Positions 1 to 10,520 of a stretch of DNA of 64,000 nucleotides are shown here, in pieces. The stretch comes from an uncultured Chloroflexia bacterium (GTDB lineage: Bacteria > Chloroflexota > Anaerolineae > JAAYZQ01). Numbering within the stretch: the first letter of the stretch is position 1; every line of letters begins with the position of its first letter. The stretch spans positions 32,001-96,000 of the forward strand of contig CAVOXA010000015.1 in the NCBI GenBank assembly GCA_963700285.1, given 5' to 3'. The notes beneath the pieces were generated by a model. That model was given only the letters and a program-made list of their open reading frames with translations. It was not told the DNA's origin and made no database searches. Position numbers and translations under genes: made by a program.

Positions 1-1
1 A

Positions 2-1360
2 TGCCTGCATTCGCAGATCATCATCACCGACTTGGCTCAGCCCAAAGCGGCGAAGGGCGGCGTAGGCAGCGGGCGTGCCTACAGTTTTGAGCAGGCCAAT
101 GCCGGCTTCAGGTTGATTCTCTTCCCAGACCAGCTTCTCCGCCATGAGAACGATCTGCGGAACCCGGGCCACAAATCGGTTCATCTGCTGCCGAAATCTC
201 TTTGGGGACATCCTGTCTTGCCGGCTGACCAAGTCAACCATCTCTTCCATAAGGCGCCTGGGCACCAGTTCGGTGCTGTGAAAATAGGGAAACCGGTCAG
301 CCCAGCCAGGTCCCGGCCGTCCAGCTTCCAGCGCCCGTAACAATTCGCCCGCCCAGGAGACGCTTTCCTGCAGCGCCTTCAGCCGCGCTCGCGCCGTACG
401 CCTGCCCAGGTTGGCCTCTGCCACAGCCAGGAACAACTGCAGGCCGCTCCCCTGCCCGGGCGCTCCCACCTGCGTCGCCTCGGACCTGTCAAGGGGTTTG
501 AGCAGTTGGTACACGCGCTCGTCTTTGTGCAGAATGGCAGCCGCCTCCGCCATCTTGAGGCGATCAATGGCTTCCTCTGGCTCAATCGCCTTCAACCGCG
601 GCCACAGGTCCCAGGCCTCCGTCTCCTGCCCCGTCCAGACCAGGAAGCGGATAGCATTGCTCAATGCCTGGATGTTGTCTGGCGCTTGCGACAGCACTTG
701 GCGCGCCACCGCAATGGCCTCGTTCGGTTGGCCATCAAAGAAAAGAGCCAGGGCGAGATTGTTGCGAGGCGGTGGCCAGTCGGCTAGCAGCTTGATGGCC
801 TGCTGGTTGGCTGTGATGCACGCCCGAAAATCGCCTCGCTGCAGCGCGCCGTTACCAGTCTCCAGATAGCGGAGGCCTCGTTCCACTTGGGGCAGCGGAA
901 GCGCCAAAGCCTGTGCGAGTTCGGTCATCTCCTGCTCGAGCAGCGCGATCATGCTACGAGCATCATCCATCACCTCACCGCCAATGCCGTGTCTCACCGC
1001 TTGACGAGAAGCATGCAGGGCGTGAGCATTCATCTCCAGTTCCAGATAGATCGCGGCCAACGGGTACCAGTAGGCAGGATCGCGGCTCAGCCTCATCGCC
1101 TGTTCGTATGCTGGCATCGCGCCCGGCATATCACCGGCGGCGACACATGCATAACCATAAGTGTGGTGCACATCAGGCACGCTGGGATGGGACAAGCGTG
1201 CTGGCTCCAGGAGCTCGATGGCTTCCTGAGCGCGTCCGCGCTCTATCAGCATCTCAGCCTGCTCAAGAATCCTTTGCACTGACAACGATGGCTGGCGTGG
1301 CCGTCGTGATCGCGAGGTGGGTCGCGGTTTGCGCTGTTTCCTGCTCTTTTGCTTGCTCAA
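2..1360 (-). CDS. Tetratricopeptide-repeat protein, 3' end beyond window edge
   Basis: Not in the ORF track because it has no stop in the window. Manual minus-strand translation from TTG at 1360 (GGAGG upstream) gives MSKQKSRKQRKPR...AQEAIELLEPARLSHP...YEQAMRLSRDP...PRNNLALALFFDGQPNEAIAVARQVLSQAPDNIQAL, which are TPR-like helix pairs. Confidence 0.72.
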   Translation of the reverse strand, partial: MSKQKSRKQRKPRPTSRSRRPRQPSLSVQRILEQAEMLIERGRAQEAIELLEPARLSHPSVPDVHHTYGYACVAAGDMPGAMPAYEQAMRLSRDPAYWYPLAAIYLELEMNAHALHASRQAVRHGIGGEVMDDARSMIALLEQEMTELAQALALPLPQVERGLRYLETGNGALQRGDFRACITANQQAIKLLADWPPPRNNLALALFFDGQPNEAIAVARQVLSQAPDNIQALSNAIRFLVWTGQETEAWDLWPRLKAIEPEEAIDRLKMAEAAAILHKDERVYQLLKPLDRSEATQVGAPGQGSGLQLFLAVAEANLGRRTARARLKALQESVSWAGELLRALEAGRPGPGWADRFPYFHSTELVPRRLMEEMVDLVSRQDRMSPKRFRQQMNRFVARVPQIVLMAEKLVWEENQPEAGIGLLKTVGTPAAYAALRRFGLSQVGDDDLRMQA

Positions 1361-1624
1361 GGTTTCCCTCCAAGCCTTTCTGGGGCATCGCTGTCTCTTG
1401 GGCGCCAGCCACCCTAGCCCGGAACCGCGATAACTGCGGTAAATGCGGCGACTTGCTACCCCTTCGATTTTAGGAGGCAGTGTTGCCTCATGGGCACTTG
1501 CTGACAGGAGGCAAACATATGCCCCATATCCCGGTAGAACCGCGAACTGCACCACTGCCAGAGGCAGTGGGTTCAACGCTCACTAAAAACAGCTAGTAGT
1601 TCTTCAGGGTGAAAATGCCGTACT

Positions 1625-1725
1625 TGTCATTGCGAGCGTGGCGCAGCAATCCCCACGGAATCGTGAGAAACCGATAGATTAGCGCAAATGGGGATTTCTT
1701 CGTCACTTCGCTCCTCGCAATGACA
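1625..1725. repeat. REP-like palindrome, GTCATTGCGAG family (family A)
   Basis: Terminal inverted repeat TGTCATTGCGAG...CTCGCAATGACA with inner GCAATCCCCA/TGGGGATTTC arms; same family as 32843, 36601 and 37145. Confidence 0.85.
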
Positions 1726-1771
1726 CCTATCACAACCATGTTGGACAGGTACTAGGTTCAGCAGTTCAAAT

Positions 1772-2683
1772 TCAGCTAGAAATGTGTTTTATATATCCGT
1801 CCAGCATGTGCCAGGGTACGAAGCCACAGGCTTGGTAGAGCCCTCGAGCGGCTTCATTATGGCCGAAATTTGCTACCGTTGCGAATTCCATCCCGGCGGC
1901 TGCCATCTGCTGCATGCCGTACATCAGTATCGCCCGCCCAAAACCACGGCGTCTATGATCCTTATGCGTGCCCACCGGTTCGAACAGTCCGGTGCGGTTA
2001 AGATGATCATACCAGGTGACGGTAAAGGCCGCGAAGGTACCAACCGGAGCTTGGATGACCAGCTCCCGTTCGGGCGCATAGCCCGGGGACTCCATGACTT
2101 GCCGGTACAGCTCAGGGGTCCAGCCCACCCCGAAGGAGGCCCTATGCACCTCAGCCAGGGCGGCAGCATCTTCAATGCCGTTAGCCGGCCGGAATGAGTA
2201 GCCTTCCGGGAGAGCAGGCACATCAATGGTATTGATTTCGGTGCGGTTCAATGCATAGGGCAACTCATTGTCGGACTCCCAGCCCAATGCCGCGAGAAGC
2301 TCAGCTCGAGCTGTATCACCCCGAAAGGCGTCTGCGTAGATGCAGTCGCCAGCAATATCATACCGCTGCATGAGTTCTACAGTGCGTTCATCGGCATATT
2401 CCAGAACTTCTCGCTCGAAATCACCACCCCGCAGATCTGGGCGTACCTGAGCATCATAACTCTTATGACGGGGTCCCACCAGCAGCCACGCGGCCACCCC
2501 TTGATCATCCTCCCAAATCGTCATGAGCTCAGCGGGAGCATAATATCTGTTGCCATTATAAATGTGATGGGGAATGTCTCCGGGATGGAGATATCCGCAG
2601 TGATCGGTCGCGGCGATCGCCGCGGCATTAAAGTTTTGGAGCAGTGTAAGATCGGCTTCTCCGGTATAAGTGCGTCTTATCAT
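1772..2683 (-). CDS. GNAT family N-acetyltransferase
   Basis: C-terminal acetyl-CoA motif FEPVGTHKDHRRRGFGRAIL and NEAARGLYQACGF. Confidence 0.85.
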   Translation of the reverse strand: MIRRTYTGEADLTLLQNFNAAAIAATDHCGYLHPGDIPHHIYNGNRYYAPAELMTIWEDDQGVAAWLLVGPRHKSYDAQVRPDLRGGDFEREVLEYADERTVELMQRYDIAGDCIYADAFRGDTARAELLAALGWESDNELPYALNRTEINTIDVPALPEGYSFRPANGIEDAAALAEVHRASFGVGWTPELYRQVMESPGYAPERELVIQAPVGTFAAFTVTWYDHLNRTGLFEPVGTHKDHRRRGFGRAILMYGMQQMAAAGMEFATVANFGHNEAARGLYQACGFVPWHMLDGYIKHISS

Positions 2684-2710
2684 ACTGCTTGATCCTTCAC
2701 AGATTTTTCG

Positions 2711-2783
2711 TGATTACGCCGCGCATCAGCGACAAACCAAAGGCGTTGCCTTTGGTTTGTCCGGCTGCATGCGCTTGTTATGT
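2711..2783 (-). other. Integron attC-like recombination site
   Basis: Minus strand reads ACATAAC-aagcgcatgcagccgg-ACAAACCAAAGGC-aac-GCCTTTGGTTTGT-cgctgatgcgcggc-GTAATCA. The R'' box contains the stop codon of the upstream gene, as is typical of cassettes. R' is degenerate (GTA rather than GTT). Confidence 0.75.
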
Positions 2784-3341
2784 GGCTCCTTCTGCACGCC
2801 AATATCCAGGATAAACAGTCGCAAAACCATCTGAGCGAATTTCAAGAATACTGGTAAATTTACTCCCAGGTGATTGGTAACGATATTGAGTGCCAGTCAG
2901 TCGGGTGTAGATTTGTTCCGAGGGAACCAAGGACAAGCTTGGAAACTGGAGCCAGGCTACTTTTATTTTTGCAGATTCCCCTTCATCCAGTGAAAGCCTT
3001 CTGATGGGAAGCAGATTGGTTGACGGACTGAAACCCAGGTCGATATCGATACAACCCTCAGTTCCGGGGTGTTCTGTTCCATTGATACACCAGGTACCCT
3101 CAGATACCTCAATCTCGTAGCTACATTGGCTAATTCCAATGTGGCCAAATACTTTCACGGATTGTGTAAGCCAATATTCATCGCAATAGATGGTATAGCC
3201 GAAACCACAATTCTGGTGCTCATCTTGGAATACCGCGAAACCAGATAGCCTCCACCCACTGGTGATCTTTTCTAGCAGCGCGCTTTCACAGCCAGGAACA
3301 TCCAGGCGGCGCCATAGAATTGCTGTCTTCATCACGTCCAC
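2778..3341 (-). CDS. Putative glycolipid-binding domain protein (cassette-like gene)
   Basis: WRRLDVPGCE, GCIDIDLGFSPSTNLLPIRRL and YPGYW match this family; lower GC than neighbours; bounded by attC-like sequence on both sides. Confidence 0.75.
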   Translation of the reverse strand: MDVMKTAILWRRLDVPGCESALLEKITSGWRLSGFAVFQDEHQNCGFGYTIYCDEYWLTQSVKVFGHIGISQCSYEIEVSEGTWCINGTEHPGTEGCIDIDLGFSPSTNLLPIRRLSLDEGESAKIKVAWLQFPSLSLVPSEQIYTRLTGTQYRYQSPGSKFTSILEIRSDGFATVYPGYWRAEGAT

Positions 3342-3353
3342 CTTGAGTAGCTG

Positions 3354-3380
3354 GCCGAACGCAAAGATCTGCGCCTCGGG
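3354..3380 (-). other. Right-half remnant of an attC-like site
   Basis: Minus strand ...ggcgcagatctttgcGTTCGGC immediately precedes the cassette gene; left arm not recognisable. Confidence 0.45.
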
Positions 3381-3439
3381 CCGCGCCTTGGTACCGAATG
3401 CCCACGTTCAGTACTTCGCGCGTCATCAGTAAGGGACTG

Positions 3440-3962
3440 GGGCGGTGGTAGTATGCTCCCGCCAACCTCATCATGGAAGGCATGAACTCGCTGGGTTCAA
3501 TCTGCCCACTATAAAAGCGCCGGGCCGTCTCCACCGTGGCCGGCCGGAAACCGCGTTTGGCCAGAATCTCGGGCGCGTTCTGTTGCACCCGCCATATCTG
3601 GCCCCACACGTGTCCAGCAGCAGGGGACGGTGGGAGAGGCTCTTTGGATAGCGGAGCGCATACTCGAGGGCGACCATGCCGCCAAATGGCCAAGCACCGC
3701 CACTTGTCGAAGCCCAATGCCTGGCGCAGCGCCTCGGCGTCGGCGGTCAGGTTGTCTACGTCATGGATGAAACCTCGGCCCCCGCTGAGCGGCCGTTGCA
3801 GCGGTGGTCATAGAAGACCAACGTGAATTGATCGGCGCAAGGCCGTAAGGAAAGCAAGGAGTGGTGATCGGCCCCTGGACCGCCGTGCATTAGCACCAAC
3901 GGGTGTCCGTGCCCGATGACTTTCACAAAGAAGGAGATTCCCCGGACCGGCATGGTTGTCAT
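3440..3962 (-). pseudogene. Alpha/beta hydrolase (proline iminopeptidase-like), disrupted and 3'-truncated
   Basis: LVLMHGGPGADH and VFYDHRCNGRS; in-frame TAG at 3756-3758, further frameshifts near the GHS motif, and no C-terminal half. Confidence 0.7.
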
Positions 3963-4012
3963 TAGCTACTCTCCCAGCGAGCAATGCACTAGGCTACGCC
4001 GAGCGGTGTGGC

Positions 4013-4230
4013 TCACCTGCTGCGCAGCAAGAGGTACGAGCTTCTGGCGATCGGGAGCAGGGTGACAATCTGCAGGATCTGATGCAACCCCAGCACGACT
4101 GATGGCATCGGCTTGTCGGAGGTTGGCAAAGCTCCCGCTGCAACAGTGCCGGTAAAGAACAGGACGGTGACCACGCTGGCGGCGATCTTGAGCAGGCCCA
4201 ACGGTGCTGCTTTCTTCTGTATGATCGTCT
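4013..4230 (-). pseudogene. C-terminal fragment of small membrane protein, paralog of 4452-4836
   Basis: IAASVVTVLFFTGTVAAGAL...LHQILQIVTLL aligns with IAAIVITVLFFIGTVAAGGL...LHRFLPVLTVL. Confidence 0.55.
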
Positions 4231-4263
4231 TTGAGATCAGATGACCATGGCTTCACGATGCAG

Positions 4264-4292
4264 AGTATATCATTTCGTAGGTGAGTTGTCAA
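4264..4292 (-). promoter_or_regulatory. Sigma70-type promoter
   Basis: Minus strand TTGACA-17 nt-TATACT with an extended -10 TG. Confidence 0.65.
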
Positions 4293-4451
4293 AGAGAATG
4301 CGCGTCCACAGCAATCAGTGCTTGTCGCAAGACCGCGAACGCGATCCTCTGCCCATGACCAACCGGCTGATCCCCGCACGAATGGCGCTTTTCGGCCAGG
4401 GCAATCTGGCTCCCTTCCTCATCAGGTTCTCTCCCACGGGACAGGCTCCAG

Positions 4452-4836
4452 CTAGCTGCCCCGGAGCAACAGAACCAGAGTCCCGGCGGTAGAGAGCACG
4501 GTGAGAACCGGTAGGAATCGGTGTAGTTTCTGGACGAAGGCCGGCACCTCCAGGTCGATGCTCAACAAACCACCGGCAGCCACAGTGCCGATGAAAAACA
4601 GGACGGTGATCACGATGGCGGCGATCTGGACCGGGTCCAACGGCGTCGCTTTGTAAGTCTGAATATACCATTGCCCCTAGCAAAATGCCGACCGCCAGTC
4701 CAACCAGCTTGTGGACTGTAAACACACCTGTATTGTATGGTTTTCCGAGGTGGCTAAGCCAAATCCCCGAAAAGATGATCAGGACAAACGATAGTACAAC
4801 TCCTGCGACTGTTACTTGCAAAGTGCTCATTTTCAA
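4452..4836 (-). CDS. Small four-helix membrane protein (one frameshift near 4650)
   Basis: The N-terminus of ORF 4315..4836 (SGIWLSHLGKPYNTGVFTVHKL) joins ORF 4452..4640; hydrophobic throughout. Confidence 0.6.
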
Positions 4837-4876
4837 CTCCTTGTGTGCCTGAAGCTTGATTGCGAAACCGCTAGCG

Positions 4877-5434
4877 CTACGTCACTCCCGGCGCGAACAG
4901 GACAATGTTGCCGGTGACCTGCCCGCTTTCCAACAGTGCATTCGCCTTGGCTGCTTCCAGGAGGGGGAAACGCTCGGCAATGATCGGCTCGATCTTGCCT
5001 TCCTCCAGCAGCTGGAAAAGCGCTGACCAATCTTCCGCAAGGATCCGATGGTCACGCGATGAGTCCGTAGCCCTTGATCGACTTGCCATTGGGCAAGAGG
5101 TTGAACCAGATGAGCTTGGCCGCCAACCGTAGGAAACCTGCCAAGCTCTGCGGGCCACCCATAATGGACAAAAGCACCGCAACGCCGCAGCACAGCCAAT
5201 CCCCGCTCAAAGTACTCGTCCGCCATGCCATTGAACACGTAATCGATGCCGTCTGGTTCCGCCTGGCGGAGCACTTGCACAAAATCCTGGGTGCGGTAGT
5301 CGATCGGGATCGCTCCGTATTCGGCCAGGATGTGGTGCTTGCTCTTCGACGCAAGGCCATACATCTTTAGCTCCGCCAGCTTGCCGAGTTGTAGGAACGC
5401 GGTACCCACGCCCGCTCGCACCGACGATGAGCAC
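4877..5434 (-). pseudogene. Medium-chain dehydrogenase/quinone oxidoreductase, C-terminal remnant
   Basis: VLIVGAS-GGVGTAFLQLGKLA, IDYRTQDF and FPLLEAAKANALLESGQVTGNIVL; N-terminal domain absent and fused to the truncated hydrolase upstream. Confidence 0.75.
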
Positions 5435-5439
5435 CTATA

Positions 5440-5972
5440 TCTCCGGCCATCATGGAGTCCTCCACTTCCTCAGGCGATGGGTCGATATCACCGGACAGGA
5501 TTGTTTCCTTAAACGCTCGGTACATTGAGCCATCTGGATCCTCAGGAGGCAGTTCGCTACCGCAGGCGGGAGTCTGCACGGCCAACGCCGCGATGCATTC
5601 ATCGATGCCCGCAACCGCCACTGCGCTTGCTCCAGAGAGGCTGTCGCCCCAGAGGGCAATCCGGTCTGGGTCGACACCGTCGAGCTCTCTGGCGTAAGAG
5701 ACAGCGTCTCTGTAACCTCGTGCCTGTCTCCAGGTGTTCACCTGCAATCGCGGTTCGCCTCCGCTATCCCCGAAACCATAGTGATCGTAGAGAAGGGCTG
5801 CGAAGCCCCGCGCCTGAAATACCTCCGCGTAGTTATCCGCCGTCATGTGACGACGAGTTGCGGAGAATCCGTGTGCCATGACAACGATCGGCCACGGCGG
5901 TTGCGAGTCCGGAGTGTAGAGCCATCCGCCAAGTTCCACACCTTCCGATTCAAACTCGACGTCTTGCCTCAT
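5440..5972 (-). pseudogene. Alpha/beta hydrolase (peptidase S15/X-Pro-like), 3'-truncated
   Basis: VVMAHGFSAT, YDHYGFGDSGGEPR and IALWGDSLSG nucleophile motif; cut off by a deletion junction near 5440. Confidence 0.75.
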
Positions 5973-5985
5973 GAATTTCTCCAAT

Positions 5986-6133
5986 GCCGCCTAAGTACTG
6001 AGTAGACCGAACTATTACGGCCGATCTGCCCGGGTACCTATGCTGAATCTATTCAGAATAGCCTGCCCATAGAGTTGACTTATGCCGAAAACTGGCTCCG
6101 TAATCTGAGGCCCAAATAAGAGAGCTGGTTGCC
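5986..6133 (-). other. Degenerate long attC-like site
   Basis: Minus strand GGCAAC...ATTACGG...CCGTAAT...tcagtacTTAGGC ends just before the RBS/ATG of the hydrolase; the inner inverted repeat is clear but the R boxes are imperfect. Confidence 0.4.
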
Positions 6134-6379
6134 GTGCAAGCTCCAACGATGCCCATATTGTGCAACAGAAATCCTTTCATGTCAAACGGAGGCGTCAGCC
6201 CATGGAAGAGCACTGTTCAATCTACACAACTGGATGGACGTATCGTTTTCAGGCAATTGCTTCTGCATTGCCATGTAGCGGTATCAATGTCCATATACCG
6301 GAGTTTGGATTGCTAATCAAAACGGCACGGCCAATCAAGTGGATCAAAAGGAAGCGAGGCTGGTATCGTGGTGAGACGG

Positions 6380-6499
6380 GCATTGTCCAGGGTCGATACC
6401 CTCTTTATCATGTACCACACTCATACCACTGACGGTAGAGTCACTGGCCGCAATAGGCCGCGCCCTGAGTGACCACAACTGAACCCGACTTCTACGGCT
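6380..6499 (-). repeat. yjbQ-derived ~110-bp conserved element, copy A
   Basis: Shares CCCTCTTTATCAT.TACCAC, CTGACGG and ATAGGCCGCGCCCTGAG with 15721-15828 and 17410-17521, in the same orientation. Confidence 0.85.
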
Positions 6500-6761
6500 G
6501 AAAATGATTCCTTCGTATGTTCTCGTCTCAGCCAGAGCAGTGCGCTACAAGCGATCGCATTCCTTGGTCCCGCAACGGCGTTCTCGCCTCTCACCCAGCG
6601 CCACAGCAAGCGGAGGACAATGAAGACGGCGACGACCATGGGCACCACAAAGCCCGGATAGGCCAGGCGGGAAACAAAACCGCGCTACGCTCCGGCCGGA
6701 GAAAGGCGATCACGCTGGTGGCAATGGTATGGCCCATTCATGGCTTTTATTTGATATTAAC

Positions 6762-6790
6762 TTGACAAATAGTCTACAATCAAGTATAAT
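6762..6790 (+). promoter_or_regulatory. Consensus sigma70 promoter
   Basis: TTGACA (6762-6767), 17 nt, TATAAT (6785-6790), upstream of the radical SAM gene. Confidence 0.85.
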
Positions 6791-6917
6791 GGTGCATAGA
6801 TGGAATCCACCGGCTTTGAGACGAGAGCAAAAACATCGCAGGTGAGTTGTCCACTAGGAGTCGACGGCGATCATGGTCGCCACTGTGTGAGATTCCGCTG
6901 GAAAGCAAGGAACGCGT

Positions 6918-8352
6918 ATGAGAGTGATGCTCATTCAGCCGCCCATGTATCATCTAAAGATGCAGCTATCCCCGAACCTGGGGCTCGCCTACATTGCGGC
7001 GGTTCTGGAGCGCGACGGCTTTGAAGTCCAGGTCCTCGATGCTGCGGCTGAGAACCTGGACTTTGACGGCGTCATTGAGCGCATACGAGCGTTTTCCCCT
7101 TCTGTCATTGGGGCTGGCGGGCAGACGCCGGTCAGCCGGCGCTCGATGACCATCTTTGCGCGTGCAAAGGAGGAGATCAGCCAGGATATCATCACAGTCG
7201 CAGGAGGACCGCATTTCTCGTTTGCGGATAGGGAATCGCTGGCAGAGTGCCCGCAGCTGGATGTGATCGTGCGGGGCGAAGGCGAGGAGACCATGAGCCG
7301 CCTCTGCAAGAGGGTTGCGGCTGGCGAGCCCTTGGATGATCTACGCGGGATCACCTGGCGCAACGACGCAGGGAGAGGCGGTGCGCAACCCCGATCGCCC
7401 GCCTATCGCAGATATCGATTCCATCCCTTTTCCGGCTTGGCACTTGTTTCCGGTGGACAAATACCACTGGGTGGGCAACAGACTTCTGGCAACATCGTCA
7501 TCGCGTGGATGCCCGTATCATTGCCCCTATTGCATCACCTGGAAAATGCACCGCGGTGTAAGACAAAGAGACCCTGCCAGAATCGTGGAGGAGATGGTGT
7601 GGGCCAAGAAGCACTTTGGCCACGACACCTTTTTCTTTCAAGATGACGCTTCGTTTCTTGTGCGTGAGCAGCTCGAGGGGTTCCTGGATGAGCTCGAAAA
7701 GTGCGGAGAGAAGCTGTACTGGTATTACGAAACGCGTGAGGATGTCTTTCTGCGCTTCCGAGATCTCTGGGAGCGAATGAAAAGGAATGGGCTTTTCAAG
7801 ATTGTGTTCGGGCTGGAGTCGCCTGACCCCGAGCAGCGAGAGCGCTTTGGCAAGCGGGGGTATGATCTCAGCTCTGTCGAGTCCATGATGCGTACGTTGG
7901 AGAAGGAACTCGACATCATGGTGTCGGTGTATCTCATCTTCGGTGTGCCTGAAGACACCGAGGAGTCACTGGACTCCATTCTGGAGTATGCCAGGCATCT
8001 GTACCCGGACTACTGCTCGTTTGTTGTGGGCTCTTTGGCCGTTCCTTTCCCCGGAACCGACAAGTTCATTGAGCTGAAGGAAAAAGACCTGATCAGCAGC
8101 TACAATTGGGATGACTACGGCTTTGGCAAATCGGTGATACGGTCTTCAATACCTCCTGAAAAGCTGCAAGACGTATTCAGTGGATTCTGGATCGGCACCT
8201 ATGTGCGGCCAAAGGCGGTAATGAAACAGGTACAACTACTCCTCTCTCGAAACCGGTTCAGAAGAGCAATGGCCAAGCAGTACATCGCCATGGCAGCCGA
8301 AATGATCTCCGATGTCCAGAAGATGAAAGGGGAGAAGCGAGACGGATTCTAG
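6918..8352 (+). CDS. B12-binding radical SAM protein (BchE-like/class B), frameshift near 7372
   Basis: PNLGLAYIAAVL, VAGGPH and RGEGEET (cobalamin-binding domain); SSRGCPYHCPYC (CxxxCxxC) in the second frame. Confidence 0.88.
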
Positions 8353-8475
8353 GCGGGGAGAACGGGGATAGAAACTCGGAACGTCCGGGAACTGCTCAAG
8401 GCGTGCTCGACCGAACTGGACGCGGGCCATGTGACCGGCTAGGAGGTCGAGGCTGAATGCCTGGGCCAGACCCGT

Positions 8476-9232
8476 TTAGCGATCGCCGTCTTGGGGTCGA
8501 AGCCTGGAGACTAGCTCTGAGAGCAGATCCGCCACCGAGCGCTGTTGTGCCACCCCTCGATCCAAACGGCTCGTCACCCTTACTTCAGTAGCGAGCTGCA
8601 GCTTGTCCAGCTCCCCCTTACGCTTGAGGTCGAAGCATCTGCCGCCATTCAGGGATCATTGATGCCGAGTAGATGATCACCACCGCTACCGAATAGATTC
8701 GCTCAGGCCAGCCGTGGGAGCCGAGCCAGATCCAGGGGACCATGAGCCCCAGCCAGATCCCGGAGGAGAGGAGCGGATTCCTGATGACCAGGTCGCTGGC
8801 CAAGCCCAGAATATTCGTGACGACAACCCCCAGCCAGTCGACGACCAGCATTCCACCGATGCTAGGCGATACGCCTCTACCCCCCTGGAAGCGATAGTAG
8901 ATGGGCCAATTGTGGCCGACGACAGCCATGCCGGCAGCCAGGAGGTAGTAGGGCGCGTCTGGCATCCACAGCTTGAAGGCCAGCGCCGGGATGGCAGCCT
9001 TGAGTATGTCCAGGATGCCGACCAGGCAGCCGTACCCGGGTCCGAGGTGCAGTCGCACCGATGTGGCGCTGACCGCATCGGACTCAAATCTTCCCTCTCC
9101 GTCCGTTCCCTCGACAACGATCTTGCTGATGTCCTGCTGCGGCGCAACCCGCCTGGCTACCAAGCGAGCGAAGGAAACGGAACCGACAAAGTATCCGATG
9201 ACCATAGCGAGCAGTGCAACCAGCAGATTCAC
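8476..9232 (-). CDS. PlsY-like glycerol-3-phosphate acyltransferase family protein (frameshift near 8630)
   Basis: GYFVGSVSFA, ILDILKA and VGHNWPIYYRFQGGRGV. After the frameshift the C-terminus continues LKRKGELDK..., matching the paralog's LRREGELP, to TAA at 8476. Confidence 0.75.
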
Positions 9233-9468
9233 GATTTCTCCCTCATAGTGCCGGTCTCGTTAGGTGTGGTACCCCAGGTATCATAGAGGTGCACGCAGAG
9301 CCAGTTCCACAGGCAGCCATTGTTCTCCATGTTGCGCCTCCACATAGCTTCAGAGAGTGGGTGACAACCCACCTGGAGCGCCACTTTGAAACCACATGCT
9401 GTTCCAGTACGGCTCAGGGTTGGCGCCAGAGACGGGCTGAGCTACCAGCGTACCCTCTCGGTCAACGA

Positions 9469-10134
9469 TCACCCGGAGGAGCTACCGTCCTTTTTCCCAG
9501 AAAAGAGGTTGGCCAGGCTGAACCGCTGCACCACGCGATACACACTGCCCATTCCCATGAACTCCGCAACCTGCTGTTCATCCGGCAGCTCACCCTCTCT
9601 CCTTAGACGAATATATTGCCTCAGTTCGGGCAACATCGCAAACCAGAACAATGCATTGGCCAGCAGGACGTATGCAAGTTTTGCTACATCATGGGTTCGG
9701 AACCAGATCCAGGGGATCATCAACAGGAGCCCTGCCCAGCGCATCAGGAGCACCTGTCCCAGCAGCCCGCCCACTAGCATACCGGTGGTGTTGGTCACCA
9801 GTACGCCGACCCAGTCGAGCACCAAGAACCCCCCGTATATTGTTGCTAGACCGCGGCCACCTCTGAAGCCGTAGTAAAGGGGGTAGTTGTGTCCGATGAT
9901 GGTCAGGGTCGCGGTGATCAGATAGTAGGGGGCATCCGGTTGCCAGAGCTTGAATAACAGCGTGGGGACCAGCGCTTTAAGGATATCCAAGATCGCAACC
10001 AGGCAGCCATATCTGCTTCCCAACTGAAACCGGACCGCGGTAGCGCTGATGGAGCCGGATTCGAAAACCTCGCCGCTGCCCTCTACATCGTGCTCGATCC
10101 TCGAGACATCGGCACCAGGAGCACGGATTCGTAC
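9469..10134 (-). pseudogene. Second PlsY-like protein, 5' end removed at the IS3 boundary
   Basis: ILDILKALVP and IGHNYPLYYGFRGGRGL; similarity to the paralog stops exactly at the IS left end, with about 20 N-terminal codons missing. Confidence 0.75.
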
Positions 10135-10216
10135 TGAGGTTGGCCCCAAAAACTGGACCACGTGCTAAGGTGAAGGAACTTGGTGTATAATGTGCACAGC
10201 ACGTGGAGGTTCAAAC

Positions 10217-10507
10217 ATGTCCAAGAAACGTCGCCGGTTCAGCGCTGAATTCAAGTTCAAGGTTGCGCTGGAAGCAGCCAAAGGCACGAAGACGCTGAAC
10301 GAACTGTCGAGTGAATACGGGGTCCATCCCAACCAGATCAGCGGCTGGAAGCGCGAGTTGTTGGAAGGAGGTGCCACGCTCTTCTCCAGCAACAGCGCCC
10401 AGCAGGTGCGAGAGCAAGAAGCGCTGCAAACAGAGCTCTATGAGCAGATCGGGCGCTTGAAGATGGAGCTGGAGTGGCTGAAAAAAAAAGCTGCCCGCTA
10501 CGATTGA
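10217..10507 (+). CDS. IS3 transposase OrfA (HTH)
   Basis: RRRFSAEFKFKVALEA...YGVHPNQISGWK...LYEQIGRLKMELEWLKKK. Confidence 0.92.
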   Translation: MSKKRRRFSAEFKFKVALEAAKGTKTLNELSSEYGVHPNQISGWKRELLEGGATLFSSNSAQQVREQEALQTELYEQIGRLKMELEWLKKKAARYD

Positions 10508-10520
10508 GGCCAAGCGCGGC

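Noticed and set aside
3756-3758. In-frame TAG in the hydrolase as pyrrolysine read-through, given the MtmB-like genes
   Set aside because: It looks like a TGG-to-TAG change in a gene that is also frameshifted and truncated; there are no pyl genes in the window.
8509-8525. ctcagagcta (minus strand) as another post-yjbQ motif
   Set aside because: Short match lying inside the probable C-terminal coding region of the PlsY-like gene.
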